Position numbers and translations under genes: made by a program. From assembly GCA_024407725.1 (NCBI GenBank), contig JAKSVZ010000006.1:12860-44859 (forward strand): DNA of 32,000 nt, in the 5' to 3' direction. Numbering within the stretch: the stretch's first letter is position 1; each line of letters begins with the position of its first letter. Below the pieces are notes generated by a model. The model had not been told where the DNA came from. It saw nothing but the letters and a program-made list of their open reading frames with translations, and ran no database searches. This DNA is from Opitutales bacterium (GTDB lineage: Bacteria; Verrucomicrobiota; Verrucomicrobiia; Opitutales; UBA9783). Of this stretch, positions 9,739 through 18,762 are shown piece by piece.

Positions 9739-9955
9739 AAAAATGTTATTTTGGAAAATTTATTTTTAAATGATAAACAAGCCGTGCAAAGCATTTATCT
9801 TAAAAGTCGTTTTCTTCTAGATAATTGAAGTAGATACAAGGATAATCTAATAGTACGTGATAGATGCACAATATATGGATTTATCATCTCGCTTCAGATT
9901 CCAGTAAGTTGAAAAAGCGCATTTTTCAAATCCTTCAATAACAAAGAGCAGGCAT

Positions 9956-10016
9956 AATTAATCAAAAACCCCAGAGGATGTCAAGCCAATTCTGGAGCGA
10001 TAAGACGGTGTTTTCC
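9956..10016 (+). repeat. Copy B of the ~61-nt diverged direct repeat (core at 9980-9995)
   Basis: Same 16-nt perfect core, 462 nt downstream of copy A. It is immediately followed by, and overlaps, a hairpin ggtgttt-N7-aaacacc at 10007-10027. Confidence 0.6.
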
Positions 10017-10048
10017 TTGTAAACACCCAGCCACCATTCAACTTTATT

Positions 10049-11040
10049 TCAGCTTAAATCCCGAACAGCAGCACGTGACAAGCGGTCATTAATCGCTTTC
10101 CCTATACCGGAATCTGGCGCCTTTTCCATCCAAATAGATTGCCACTGTTGGTTATCCAAGCGTTGCAAGCAATCAAACAATGAGGCAGCCACTTCCGACA
10201 AATCCCTCTTGGGACTCAAAACAAACTCATTGGACGCCAAAGGACGGCACGGTGGATATAAAAACACATGCGCAGCACCCACTTCAAAAGTCTTTTGGAG
10301 CTCAATCGGCGCCTGAAATTGCTCTAAATGGCGCACTAAATACAGCAGGGTTTTCGGGCTATAATGGCGTTTATAAAGTCCTGGAGACAAATGCACTCCA
10401 TTAACGGGTACGGACGAAAGCGTTTGGATAGGACGCTCCAAAAACGCCTCCAATGCCTCTTGGGTGATGGGTCCTTGGCGCAACAAAGTAGGTTGTTCTT
10501 CCGATACCAAAGAAAGAATGGTTGATTCCAACCCAAAGGAACACGGACCTCCATCGAGTATGTAGGCCACTACATCCCCCATTCCTTGCGCAACATGCTG
10601 AGCCGATGTAGGGCTAACCTGCTGAAAACGGTTAGCGCTCGGGGCCACCAAGGGTTCTCCCATTAACTCAATAACTGCTCGAAATAAAGAACCTGATGGG
10701 CAACGCACCGCCACTGACGGTTGACCTGCCGTTACGCAAGCTGGCACACAGGCTTTTTTTTTAACACCAAGGTCAATGGACCGGGCCAAAAATGCTTTAC
10801 CAAACGCAACACCAAAGGGGTAACCTCAGCCACCAACCGTAACTGTTCCACGCCTAATACGTGAACAATCAATGGATTTTCTTGAGGACGCTGCTTGAGC
10901 GTATAAATTTTCTTAATCGTATCAACCGCAGATAAAGGGGCGGCTAACCCATAAACGGTTTCGGTTGGCAATGCTACCGGTTCTCCTTTGGACAACCACG
11001 CAGCTGCTTCTTTAGGACTTACCCCAACCTGCGCCCGCAT
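10049..11040 (-). pseudogene. tsaC: L-threonylcarbamoyladenylate synthase Sua5/TsaC(YwlC)-type, reading frame broken at an A9 run
   Basis: Two adjacent ORFs in different frames together make one Sua5. The 102-aa N-terminal part (11040-10732) contains ALPTETVYGLAA, KQRPQENPLIVHV and FWPGPLTLVLKKK. The C-terminal part (through 10049) contains VTAGQPSVAVRCP, PLVAPSANRF and the Sua5 C-terminal domain (GIGKAINDRLSRAA). The frames switch inside T9 on the plus strand (10754-10762), which is A9 in the gene sense. A7 or A10 would restore LVLKK(K)ACVPACVTAG. Confidence 0.7.
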
Positions 11041-11047
11041 AAAAGGA

Positions 11048-11260
11048 TTACAGCAACGCTAACATATTACGAGCCCGTTTGATGAGCTTCGTAACATAAC
11101 GCTGTTCCATAGCGCTTAAACGCGTAATACGACGCGGCAAAATTCTACCTGATTCCGTCGTGTATCGCTTGAGCTGTTCCACATCCAACCACGTTAATTC
11201 CCATACGTTAACGCGTTCTTTTTTACTTTCAGTATTTTCTTCTTTACTCACAGTACTCAT
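11048..11260 (-). CDS. rpsR: 30S ribosomal protein bS18
   Basis: 70-aa ORF with the S18 signature: LKRYTTESGRILPRRITRLSAMEQRYVTKLIKRARNMLALL. Confidence 0.85.
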   Translation of the reverse strand: MSTVSKEENTESKKERVNVWELTWLDVEQLKRYTTESGRILPRRITRLSAMEQRYVTKLIKRARNMLALL

Positions 11261-11471
11261 AGCTCTTAACAGAAAACCATTACAAATGATGCAGGTATCG
11301 TAAAGCTTTTATTTTGAAAACCGCAAGCGAAAAATAAAATGCTGCCTTTCATCCACCCTATCCATTCTCCCACCCCACTCCGCTGAACGCTTTTCTTAAG
11401 CTCATCTGGGCTTACTTGGGGAAAGTTTGACAAATAGCGTCTGATTTTATTGAGTAAGGGCAATAGTTTTT

Positions 11472-12740
11472 ATGAAAGACGATCTGTTGCCCATTTTTGA
11501 ATACATGGAACGCGAAAAAGGTATTAGCCGCGAAGACATGATCGCTGCGATTGTTAATGCCATTAAAAAAGCTGCCCTGAAAGACAATCAGGATGCGAAA
11601 GAAATTCGTGTAGACATCGATCCAAAAACCGGAGTTTTACAAGCCTATGCTCAGTATAAAGTCGTAGATTCGGTTCTTAACGACAACATCGAAATACATA
11701 TCAGTAAGGCTTTGAAGAAACACCCAAAAGCCAAACTGGGGGACATTATAGAAGAACCGCTTAAATTAGAATCGTTGGGACGTATTGCAGCGCAAACGGT
11801 TCGTCAAATGATCAACCAAAGCGTTCGTCGTTTTGAAAAAGAGCATATTTACGAACAATTCCAAGATCGGGTAGGCACTATCATCCAAGGGGTGATGCGC
11901 TACAGCGAACATGGGAATTTAATCATCGATTTCGGAAAAGCAGAAGGAACCTTGTTTCATAAACAGGCTATTTGGTCCGATAAATTCCAACCCGGCGATC
12001 CCGTTGATTGCTTATTACAAAGCATCAAGGAAACCCCTCATGGTCCTGAATTGGTATTATCCCGTACCGCACCAGCCTTTGTTATTAAATTATTAGAGCG
12101 CGAAATCCCAGAACTCGTTTCGGCAGATGGACGCCCTGCACGTATTCAAATCAAAGCCATTGTAAGAGACCCTGGGTATAGAACCAAAATTTGCGTTACA
12201 TCGCCCGATTCTAGCATTGATCCCGTTGGTGCGTGCATCGGATCGCACGGCTCACGCATTAAATGCGTTCTTAAAGCATTAGGGGAACAGGAAAAGATCG
12301 ACATTATCCGTTATTCGGATGACCTGCGTACCTTTATTAATGAAATTACACGGCCAGCAGTTCCCCAATCCCTATCGATTGATGATGCCGCGCACACAAT
12401 CCAATTTCAATTACCTGAAAAAGACTTCGCTATTTTCGTAGGTAAAAGCGGACGCAATCTAAAGTTAGCAAGTCAATTGCTCGGATACGAAATCAAAGTA
12501 GAGCACGCGGATAGCATCAACCTAAGCTTTGAAGATAAAAAGATTCAAGCGATGCAAACATTGATCCAATTTACAGGTATATCAGATGCAGCCGCCGCTA
12601 AATTGGTAGACATAGGTATCAATAGCCCAGAAGTACTGAGTAGCTTAACCGCCGATGATTTTAAGGCTGCCGAACTCAACATGGAGGATTACGATAAGAT
12701 CATCAATAAACTTCAAGCTCAAGGGAAGCAAAGCAACTAG
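11472..12740 (+). CDS. nusA: Transcription termination/antitermination factor NusA
   Basis: 422-aa ORF. The NusA N-terminal domain is present (LLPIFEYMEREKGISREDMIAAIVNAIKKA), followed by an S1 domain and two KH domains (DPVGACIGSHGSRIKCVLKAL; AIFVGKSGRNLKLASQLLG). It lies directly upstream of infB. Confidence 0.95.
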   Translation: MKDDLLPIFEYMEREKGISREDMIAAIVNAIKKAALKDNQDAKEIRVDIDPKTGVLQAYAQYKVVDSVLNDNIEIHISKALKKHPKAKLGDIIEEPLKLESLGRIAAQTVRQMINQSVRRFEKEHIYEQFQDRVGTIIQGVMRYSEHGNLIIDFGKAEGTLFHKQAIWSDKFQPGDPVDCLLQSIKETPHGPELVLSRTAPAFVIKLLEREIPELVSADGRPARIQIKAIVRDPGYRTKICVTSPDSSIDPVGACIGSHGSRIKCVLKALGEQEKIDIIRYSDDLRTFINEITRPAVPQSLSIDDAAHTIQFQLPEKDFAIFVGKSGRNLKLASQLLGYEIKVEHADSINLSFEDKKIQAMQTLIQFTGISDAAAAKLVDIGINSPEVLSSLTADDFKAAELNMEDYDKIINKLQAQGKQSN

Positions 12741-12760
12741 TAAGTAATTAAAAACGCGCC

Positions 12761-14935
12761 ATGACCGTTAGCATTTATCAATTAGCTCATCAACTGCATA
12801 AGGATATTAAAAGTGTCCGCTTATTGATTAAACAGCACGGTATTGCACTACCAGATACGGCTTCTACCCTATCGGATACCGACGCAAATGCGTTATTGAA
12901 GAAGGTACAAAGCAATACTCAATCAGCTCCTGTTGCTTCTCCTGCGCTCAAAAAACCTTTAATGGGGAGCGCTCCTGTACGCATTGCCTCCCCTAAAAAC
13001 CTAGGGGGTTCTCAATCCATAACCGCCTTAAATGCGTTTAAGAAAAGCTTTGCGCCGGCTGCACCCATCGCTGCTCGCCCCGCACCCATAACTGCTCCAA
13101 AAGCTGTTACAAAGCCCGAAAACACACCAAGCGCAGCAGGTTCGGTTACAAAGGATGCTGTCAAAACAGACCAAAATCGGGTCATAAAGCCCCCAATTAC
13201 CTTAACCGAGCTGGCCAACCTATTAGGGGTTAAGCCCTTTACCCTCATTAGGGATTTAATGGATCAAAAGATTTTTGCATCCATGGGGCAGGTTTTGGAC
13301 GAAAATGGCTTAAAAGTACTAGCAGATAAGTATAACTTTACGGTTGAAACCAAACGCCGTTCTCAGGAACGCAAAGTTCAACCAGCTCCTGTTAAACCCA
13401 AAGTTGAACCGTCCGAGCACTTAGAGCCACGCCCACCGATTGTGTGCATTTTAGGCCACGTCGACCACGGGAAAACTACCCTGTTAGATACATTGCGTAA
13501 AGCCAATGTGGCCGCCAAAGAAGCGGGTGGAATCACCCAACACATTGGAGCTTATCAAGTAGAGGTAGAAGGGAAAAAGATTACCTTCCTCGATACTCCG
13601 GGACATGCCGTATTTTCAAACATCCGCCAACGCGGAGCAACCGTAACCGACATCATCATTTTGGTTGTTGCGGCTGATGATGGCTTTATGCCTCAAACCA
13701 AAGAATCCCTGCAATTGGCGCAAAAAGAAAACGTACCTGTGGTGGTTGCCATCAACAAAATGGATGTTAAGGGCGCCAACATTGATCGCATTAAACAACA
13801 GATGCAAGCAAACGGGATTGCCCCCGAAGAATGGGGAGGCGATACGCTATGCACTGAAATTTCGGCTCTCAAAGGAACCAACCTTGATAAATTACTCCAG
13901 TTGGTGTTATTGCAGGCTGAAATGATGGAGTTAAAAGCCAATCCTAAAGGAACACCGGAAGGCGTGGTAGTTGAATCCCGCATGGAAGAAGGTCAAGGGA
14001 TTGTAACAACCGCCATTATTACCAGCGGAACGTTAAAGGCAGGAGATGCGCTTGTTAGCGGCGCTCATGTCTGCAAAGTTCGCTGTTTGTTGGATGAACA
14101 TGGCAAGCGCATGGCTCAAGCTACACCGGCAACACCCGTTCAAATTACGGGATGGGTCACCATGCCTTCTGCAGGCTGTACCTTCCGAGGCTCTAAAAAC
14201 GAAAAAGAAGCCCGTAAGGAAGCAGAAGCATGCGAGCGCGAACTGAAACAGAACCAAAGCAACAATGTTCATAAAATTTCCAGCGTTGAGGATTTGATGG
14301 CTGCTATGGAAACCCAGCAGCAAAAAACTCTGAAAATCCTGCTTCGTTCCGACGTCCATGGTAGTTTAGAGGCGCTAGAAGCCTGCCTAAAGAGCATTCA
14401 TAGCGATAAGGTGGCGCTCAATATTATCGATACGCGCGTCGGACAAATTACGCTCAACGATATTCAAACCGCCCATGCGGGTAAAGCGATTATCGTTGGA
14501 TTCAACACTAAACCAGCGAATGGCGTGCAAGCCGCAGCTAAGCAAAAGGGTGTGCGCATGATTCAGCATAACATTATCTACGAACTCATTGAGCAGGTAA
14601 GAAATGCCATGCGTGAATTGCTGGATCCTGAATGGAGCGAAACCAAGCTTGGTTCAGCCGAAATCCGTAAGGTTATTACTTTATCTAAAGGTACGGTTGC
14701 CGGATGTATGGTGGTATCGGGACAAATCGTTCGCGATGCGTTTGTCCGCTTGATTCGCAAAGGAAAAATCATTACCGAAACCAAAGCTTATACCCTCAAA
14801 CACTTCAAGGATTATGTGGCAGAAGTAAAATCCGGAAACGAATGTGGAATTGGATTGGAAGACGCTGCATCCGATTGCCAAGAGGGTGATTTGATTGAAT
14901 GCTACAAGAAGGTTTCAAGTTTGCCGGAATTATGA
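12761..14935 (+). CDS. infB: Translation initiation factor IF-2
   Basis: 724-aa ORF with the GTPase motifs [17 protein letters not shown] and NKMD, plus IF-2 domains II-IV. The N-terminal region is Ala/Pro-rich and variable. Confidence 0.95.
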   Translation: MTVSIYQLAHQLHKDIKSVRLLIKQHGIALPDTASTLSDTDANALLKKVQSNTQSAPVASPALKKPLMGSAPVRIASPKNLGGSQSITALNAFKKSFAPAAPIAARPAPITAPKAVTKPENTPSAAGSVTKDAVKTDQNRVIKPPITLTELANLLGVKPFTLIRDLMDQKIFASMGQVLDENGLKVLADKYNFTVETKRRSQERKVQPAPVKPKVEPSEHLEPRPPIVCILGHVDHGKTTLLDTLRKANVAAKEAGGITQHIGAYQVEVEGKKITFLDTPGHAVFSNIRQRGATVTDIIILVVAADDGFMPQTKESLQLAQKENVPVVVAINKMDVKGANIDRIKQQMQANGIAPEEWGGDTLCTEISALKGTNLDKLLQLVLLQAEMMELKANPKGTPEGVVVESRMEEGQGIVTTAIITSGTLKAGDALVSGAHVCKVRCLLDEHGKRMAQATPATPVQITGWVTMPSAGCTFRGSKNEKEARKEAEACERELKQNQSNNVHKISSVEDLMAAMETQQQKTLKILLRSDVHGSLEALEACLKSIHSDKVALNIIDTRVGQITLNDIQTAHAGKAIIVGFNTKPANGVQAAAKQKGVRMIQHNIIYELIEQVRNAMRELLDPEWSETKLGSAEIRKVITLSKGTVAGCMVVSGQIVRDAFVRLIRKGKIITETKAYTLKHFKDYVAEVKSGNECGIGLEDAASDCQEGDLIECYKKVSSLPEL

Positions 14936-15330
14936 CCAATTTGCGCATCATTCGGGTGAATGAGTTACTCAAACGCGTTATTGGCGATTATTTGCTTAAG
15001 CATTACGCATCGGAAGCCATGAGTATCACTATTACACACGTGACCGCTGCGGATAACTTAAAAGTCGCTGATGTCTATTTTTCCGTCTATCAAATAGAGC
15101 AGAAAGAACAAGCACTTAAGTTGCTCATCAAACTCCGCAAAAACATACAGGACGCTATTGGGAAAGAAGTACGGATGAAACAAACCCCACGGCTTTCGTT
15201 CGTATGGGATAAGGAGCTGCAAAAAGCTCACCGTACCTTTGCCTTGTTACAAGAAGTTGACCAGTCATTGCCCGAAAGCGCTCCCACAAGTTTTGGAAGT
15301 ACCCTACCCCCTCCTAATGAACTCCGCTAA
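14932..15330 (+). CDS. rbfA: Ribosome-binding factor A
   Basis: RbfA-like sequence [21 protein letters not shown]...ITITHVTAADNLKVADVYFSV...PRLSFVWD. I prefer the ATG at 14932, which overlaps the infB stop in an ATGA junction. The track ORF begins at an in-frame ATG at 14899. Confidence 0.85.
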   Translation: MTNLRIIRVNELLKRVIGDYLLKHYASEAMSITITHVTAADNLKVADVYFSVYQIEQKEQALKLLIKLRKNIQDAIGKEVRMKQTPRLSFVWDKELQKAHRTFALLQEVDQSLPESAPTSFGSTLPPPNELR

Positions 15331-16762
15331 CGATTCTTTTTTTGATACCCCTTCCGCATTTCAAACGGCTTTCAAGGAGCTCAATCCTTCTATTAATGAC
15401 CTTTTGAAGTGCTTAAATCCTGACCAACAGCAGCATTTTTGGTCTTCGGCGCAACAAGTACCCTTAAACGAATGGAAGCGCTTAATCAACACACTAAGCG
15501 AAACCGCTGAGGAATTAGATGGAACGCATTGGGTTGAGCCAACCAGCTTGCATCCTGACACCCTAGCTGCTCAGGGATATGACCCCCAAAGCACGTTACA
15601 AGCAGGAATCGGTTGCTTCAGTAAGGGAACCGTTGCATTTTTAACCGTTGCCGGTGGATTGGGCTCACGCTTAGGATTTAACGGCCCCAAAGGGTTGGTT
15701 CCCGTAACCCCCCTACAGCATAAACCGCTTTATCAGGTTTTTTCCGAAAAGCTACAAGCGCTTCAACGCCGCTACCAACGTCCTTTCCATTGGTTTATTA
15801 TGACCAGTGAAGAAACCGATGCCGCTACGCAAAACGCCTTTGCTGAACAAGCGTGGTACGACCCGCATTATATTCACTTTTTCAAACAAGGCAGCATTCC
15901 TGCGTTTTTGAAGGATGGTCAGTGCGCTTTAAAAGAAGATGGCAGCATTTGTTTTCTACCCAATGGACATGGTGGGTTGTTTAAAGCCTTAGAACACGCT
16001 GGGTACATCGAGCTTTTCAAGTCCTTAGGAATTACATCGATTTATTATTTTCAAGTAGATAATCCCCTGATTCATTTGGACGACCCCCTGTTTTTAGGCA
16101 CTCACTGCTTATCCCAATCCTCTTTTTCAACCAAAGTCGTGGTTAAAACCGACCCACAAGAACGCGTAGGATTGTTGGTGCAGGACTACGGTCAATTGCG
16201 GCTGATTGAGTACAATCAATTTCCCGAAGCCTTATCGCAAGAAGTGACCGCAACAGGCGCGCTTCGTTACCGCTTTGGAAACACCGGAATCCATCTCATT
16301 ACAACCGATTTTATTCAAAAATGCGCGCAATTGGCACTTCCTTACCATGTGTGTCGGAAAAAAATACCTGTTTGGGATCCTCAATCTCAAACGACCTACA
16401 CAACCGAAGGTTATAAGTTAGAACAGTTCATTTTTGATGTATTACCGGTCGCTACCCGCCCGCTTTTATGGGAAGTAGACCGCAAAGATGAATTTAGTCC
16501 GGTTAAAAATGCTGTTGGTAAGGATACGCTCGAAACCTGTCAGCGCGACCAAATCAATCGCTGGCATCGGTGGCTTCAAGCAGTTGGGGAACCGCTCGAA
16601 TTAAGCGCTAGCGACAGCGAGCCTTCAACAAATCTGCCGACGCCCCTCATGGAAATTGGCGCGTTATTTGCTGATAATCAAGTAGATTTCATTCAAGCTT
16701 GGAAACGGCTGAATCCGAAACCTAAAACCTTACAGGGATTGTATTTGCATGACGCATCTTAA
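15317..16762 (+). CDS. UDP-sugar / UDP-N-acetylhexosamine pyrophosphorylase, eukaryote-type UDPGP (UAP1/USP-like) family
   Basis: Contains the UDPGP-family nucleotide-binding loop LTVAGGLGSRLGFNGPKG, then PNGHGG and YFQVDNPL. I prefer the start at ATG 15317 (MNSANDS...), a 14-nt overlap with the rbfA end. The track ORF starts at 15239, inside rbfA. Confidence 0.75.
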   Translation: MNSANDSFFDTPSAFQTAFKELNPSINDLLKCLNPDQQQHFWSSAQQVPLNEWKRLINTLSETAEELDGTHWVEPTSLHPDTLAAQGYDPQSTLQAGIGCFSKGTVAFLTVAGGLGSRLGFNGPKGLVPVTPLQHKPLYQVFSEKLQALQRRYQRPFHWFIMTSEETDAATQNAFAEQAWYDPHYIHFFKQGSIPAFLKDGQCALKEDGSICFLPNGHGGLFKALEHAGYIELFKSLGITSIYYFQVDNPLIHLDDPLFLGTHCLSQSSFSTKVVVKTDPQERVGLLVQDYGQLRLIEYNQFPEALSQEVTATGALRYRFGNTGIHLITTDFIQKCAQLALPYHVCRKKIPVWDPQSQTTYTTEGYKLEQFIFDVLPVATRPLLWEVDRKDEFSPVKNAVGKDTLETCQRDQINRWHRWLQAVGEPLELSASDSEPSTNLPTPLMEIGALFADNQVDFIQAWKRLNPKPKTLQGLYLHDAS

Positions 16763-18704
16763 TGTAACCGCTTCTGTCGAAGAAGCACTTCATAACCACC
16801 AACTCTCCTCATCGGCCGCTCAATTTATTTGCCAATTTCTCGCTATGCCTGACTTGCCCAATTGGGCATCAGATAGCTTGCATGAGCTCATTGAACAGCA
16901 GCAATGGCATGAGTTAAACGAACGCTTTTTCAAAATCATTGCGTTTGGAACGGCTGGAATGCGCGGACGCACCATTGGTTCGGTCACTACAAGCGCAGAA
17001 AAATCAGGCAATTCCTACCAGCATGCAGCCGTTGGGACTTACTGCATCAACGATTTCAACGTTATACGGGCGACCCTTGGACTATTTGCTTACTGCAAAC
17101 AGCACTTTAGCGATTATCCGCGCCCCCCATCCTTGGTTATTTCTTACGATTCACGCTATTTTTCAAAACACTTTTGTGAACTCACCGCATCAACTTGGTT
17201 AAAATCAGGCGGAATCGTTTATATTTTTAATGGCCCACGATCAACGCCCCAATTAAGTTTTTCGGTACGTTATCTAAGAGCCACAGCGGGCGTTATGATT
17301 ACCGCTAGCCACAATCCCTTTTACGATAACGGCTATAAGGTGTATTTGGAGGACGGCGCGCAAATCAATGGTTCCTGTGCCGATGGCATTATCAAGTCAA
17401 TCGAGCAAGTATCTTACGAAGCCACTCCTCCATTTTTAACACCCTCTATCGATGGCTGTTTCTATGTCCCCGAAAGCGTTGAACAAGCGTATCGCGAAAC
17501 CTGCAAAAGCGTCCTATTAGACACCCAATTGTTGGCGGACAAAAGCTGCGCTCCCAAGGTGGTTTATACGCCCTTGCACGGCACTGGCTCGGTTTGCATC
17601 ATGCCCCTCATGAAAGAGCTAAGCGGGTCATTTCAAATCGTTGAATCGCAAAAAGAATTCAACGGCGCATTCCCTAACCTTACCACGCTTGACCCAAGCA
17701 ACCCAAGCGCATTGGCCGTTGCGTTGGAGGAAGCCAAAAAAAGCCAAGCGGATGGTATTATTGCAACCGATCCGGACGGGGATCGCATGGCAATGATGCT
17801 GAAGGATGCGCAAGGGCAATGGCAACTGTTAAGCGGCAATACCATTGCAGTGCTATTGACTGAATACCGTTTAACCACGCTCATGAAATTAGGGCGTATT
17901 CCTCCCAAAGGCGCCAAGCTTGCGATTATCAAATCCTTTGTAACCACCCCCCTACTCGATGCTATTGCAAACACCAATGGAATCCGTTGCATCAATACCC
18001 ACACGGGCTTTAAGTGGATTGGGGGTAAATTGCTCCGTTATGAGCAGCAATGGTTGCAGCATGAACTGGCTACGCAAGGTATTCAGGTGGATTATATGCG
18101 ATGCACGCCGGAAGCTCGATTTAACAACTTACTGCGCCACTCAACTGCTCTCCTGTTGTCAGCCGAAGAAAGCAGTGGATTTTTGGCCAATGATGCGGTA
18201 CGGGATAAGGATGGCAATGCAGCTACCTTAATGGCTTACGAACTGATTGCGTTCTTCAAGCGCGAAGGTATCGCCTTTTCCGATTACCTCAATACTATTT
18301 ATCGAAAATACGGTTATTTCAAAGAGGCGCTGTTAAGCCACACGTTTGAAGGATCAGAGGGTATGGCAAGCATTCAAGCGTTGATGCGCTCTTATCGGCA
18401 ACAACCTCCGGCTACCATTGCACAACAGGCGGTTAAAGAAAGTATTGATTATCTCAACGAGCACAATGCAAACGATGAAGATGGCGAACGGGTTCCCAAA
18501 GCCGACTTTATCCGATTCCGCCTAGCCAATAACTTTGAAGTAGCTGTGCGCCCCAGCGGAACTGAACCAAAAATCAAATGGTATCTGTTCGGGACAGCTC
18601 CGGTTAACAATGGGGATGTAAGCGCTGCCCAACAAAGCGTTAAGGAGCAACTTGAGGCGATTAAAACCGCAATCGAACAAAACATCCAAAGGCGTTTGGG
18701 ATAA
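16749..18704 (+). CDS. Alpha-D-phosphohexomutase (phosphoglucomutase/phosphomannomutase, PgcA/PGM2-like)
   Basis: 651-aa ORF with FGTAGMRG, the active-site Ser loop TASHNPFYDNGYKVY, the metal loop ATDPDGDRMAM, the sugar loop SAEESSGF and the phosphate loop RPSGTEPKIK. Confidence 0.85.
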   Translation: MTHLNVTASVEEALHNHQLSSSAAQFICQFLAMPDLPNWASDSLHELIEQQQWHELNERFFKIIAFGTAGMRGRTIGSVTTSAEKSGNSYQHAAVGTYCINDFNVIRATLGLFAYCKQHFSDYPRPPSLVISYDSRYFSKHFCELTASTWLKSGGIVYIFNGPRSTPQLSFSVRYLRATAGVMITASHNPFYDNGYKVYLEDGAQINGSCADGIIKSIEQVSYEATPPFLTPSIDGCFYVPESVEQAYRETCKSVLLDTQLLADKSCAPKVVYTPLHGTGSVCIMPLMKELSGSFQIVESQKEFNGAFPNLTTLDPSNPSALAVALEEAKKSQADGIIATDPDGDRMAMMLKDAQGQWQLLSGNTIAVLLTEYRLTTLMKLGRIPPKGAKLAIIKSFVTTPLLDAIANTNGIRCINTHTGFKWIGGKLLRYEQQWLQHELATQGIQVDYMRCTPEARFNNLLRHSTALLLSAEESSGFLANDAVRDKDGNAATLMAYELIAFFKREGIAFSDYLNTIYRKYGYFKEALLSHTFEGSEGMASIQALMRSYRQQPPATIAQQAVKESIDYLNEHNANDEDGERVPKADFIRFRLANNFEVAVRPSGTEPKIKWYLFGTAPVNNGDVSAAQQSVKEQLEAIKTAIEQNIQRRLG

Positions 18705-18762
18705 TGGCATCTTTTGAGCTTACCACTGAAGTAACTACACAAATCGTTAGCTGTTGAACTCT

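Noticed and set aside
11266-11463. 65-aa minus-strand ORF between rpsR and nusA
   Set aside because: It occupies the divergent promoter region and has no recognisable motif or SD. It is probably non-coding. A weak nusA promoter candidate (TTGACA at 11427-11432) lies inside it.
17633-18004. 123-aa antisense ORF inside the phosphohexomutase gene, and similar shadow ORFs at 27101-27499, 28158-28607, 28367-28750, 29887-30318, 31057-31443, 8037-8396, 13693-13983 and 14033-14359
   Set aside because: All lie within, or antisense to, genes that have strong family motifs. None shows recognisable motifs of its own. They are typical shadow ORFs.
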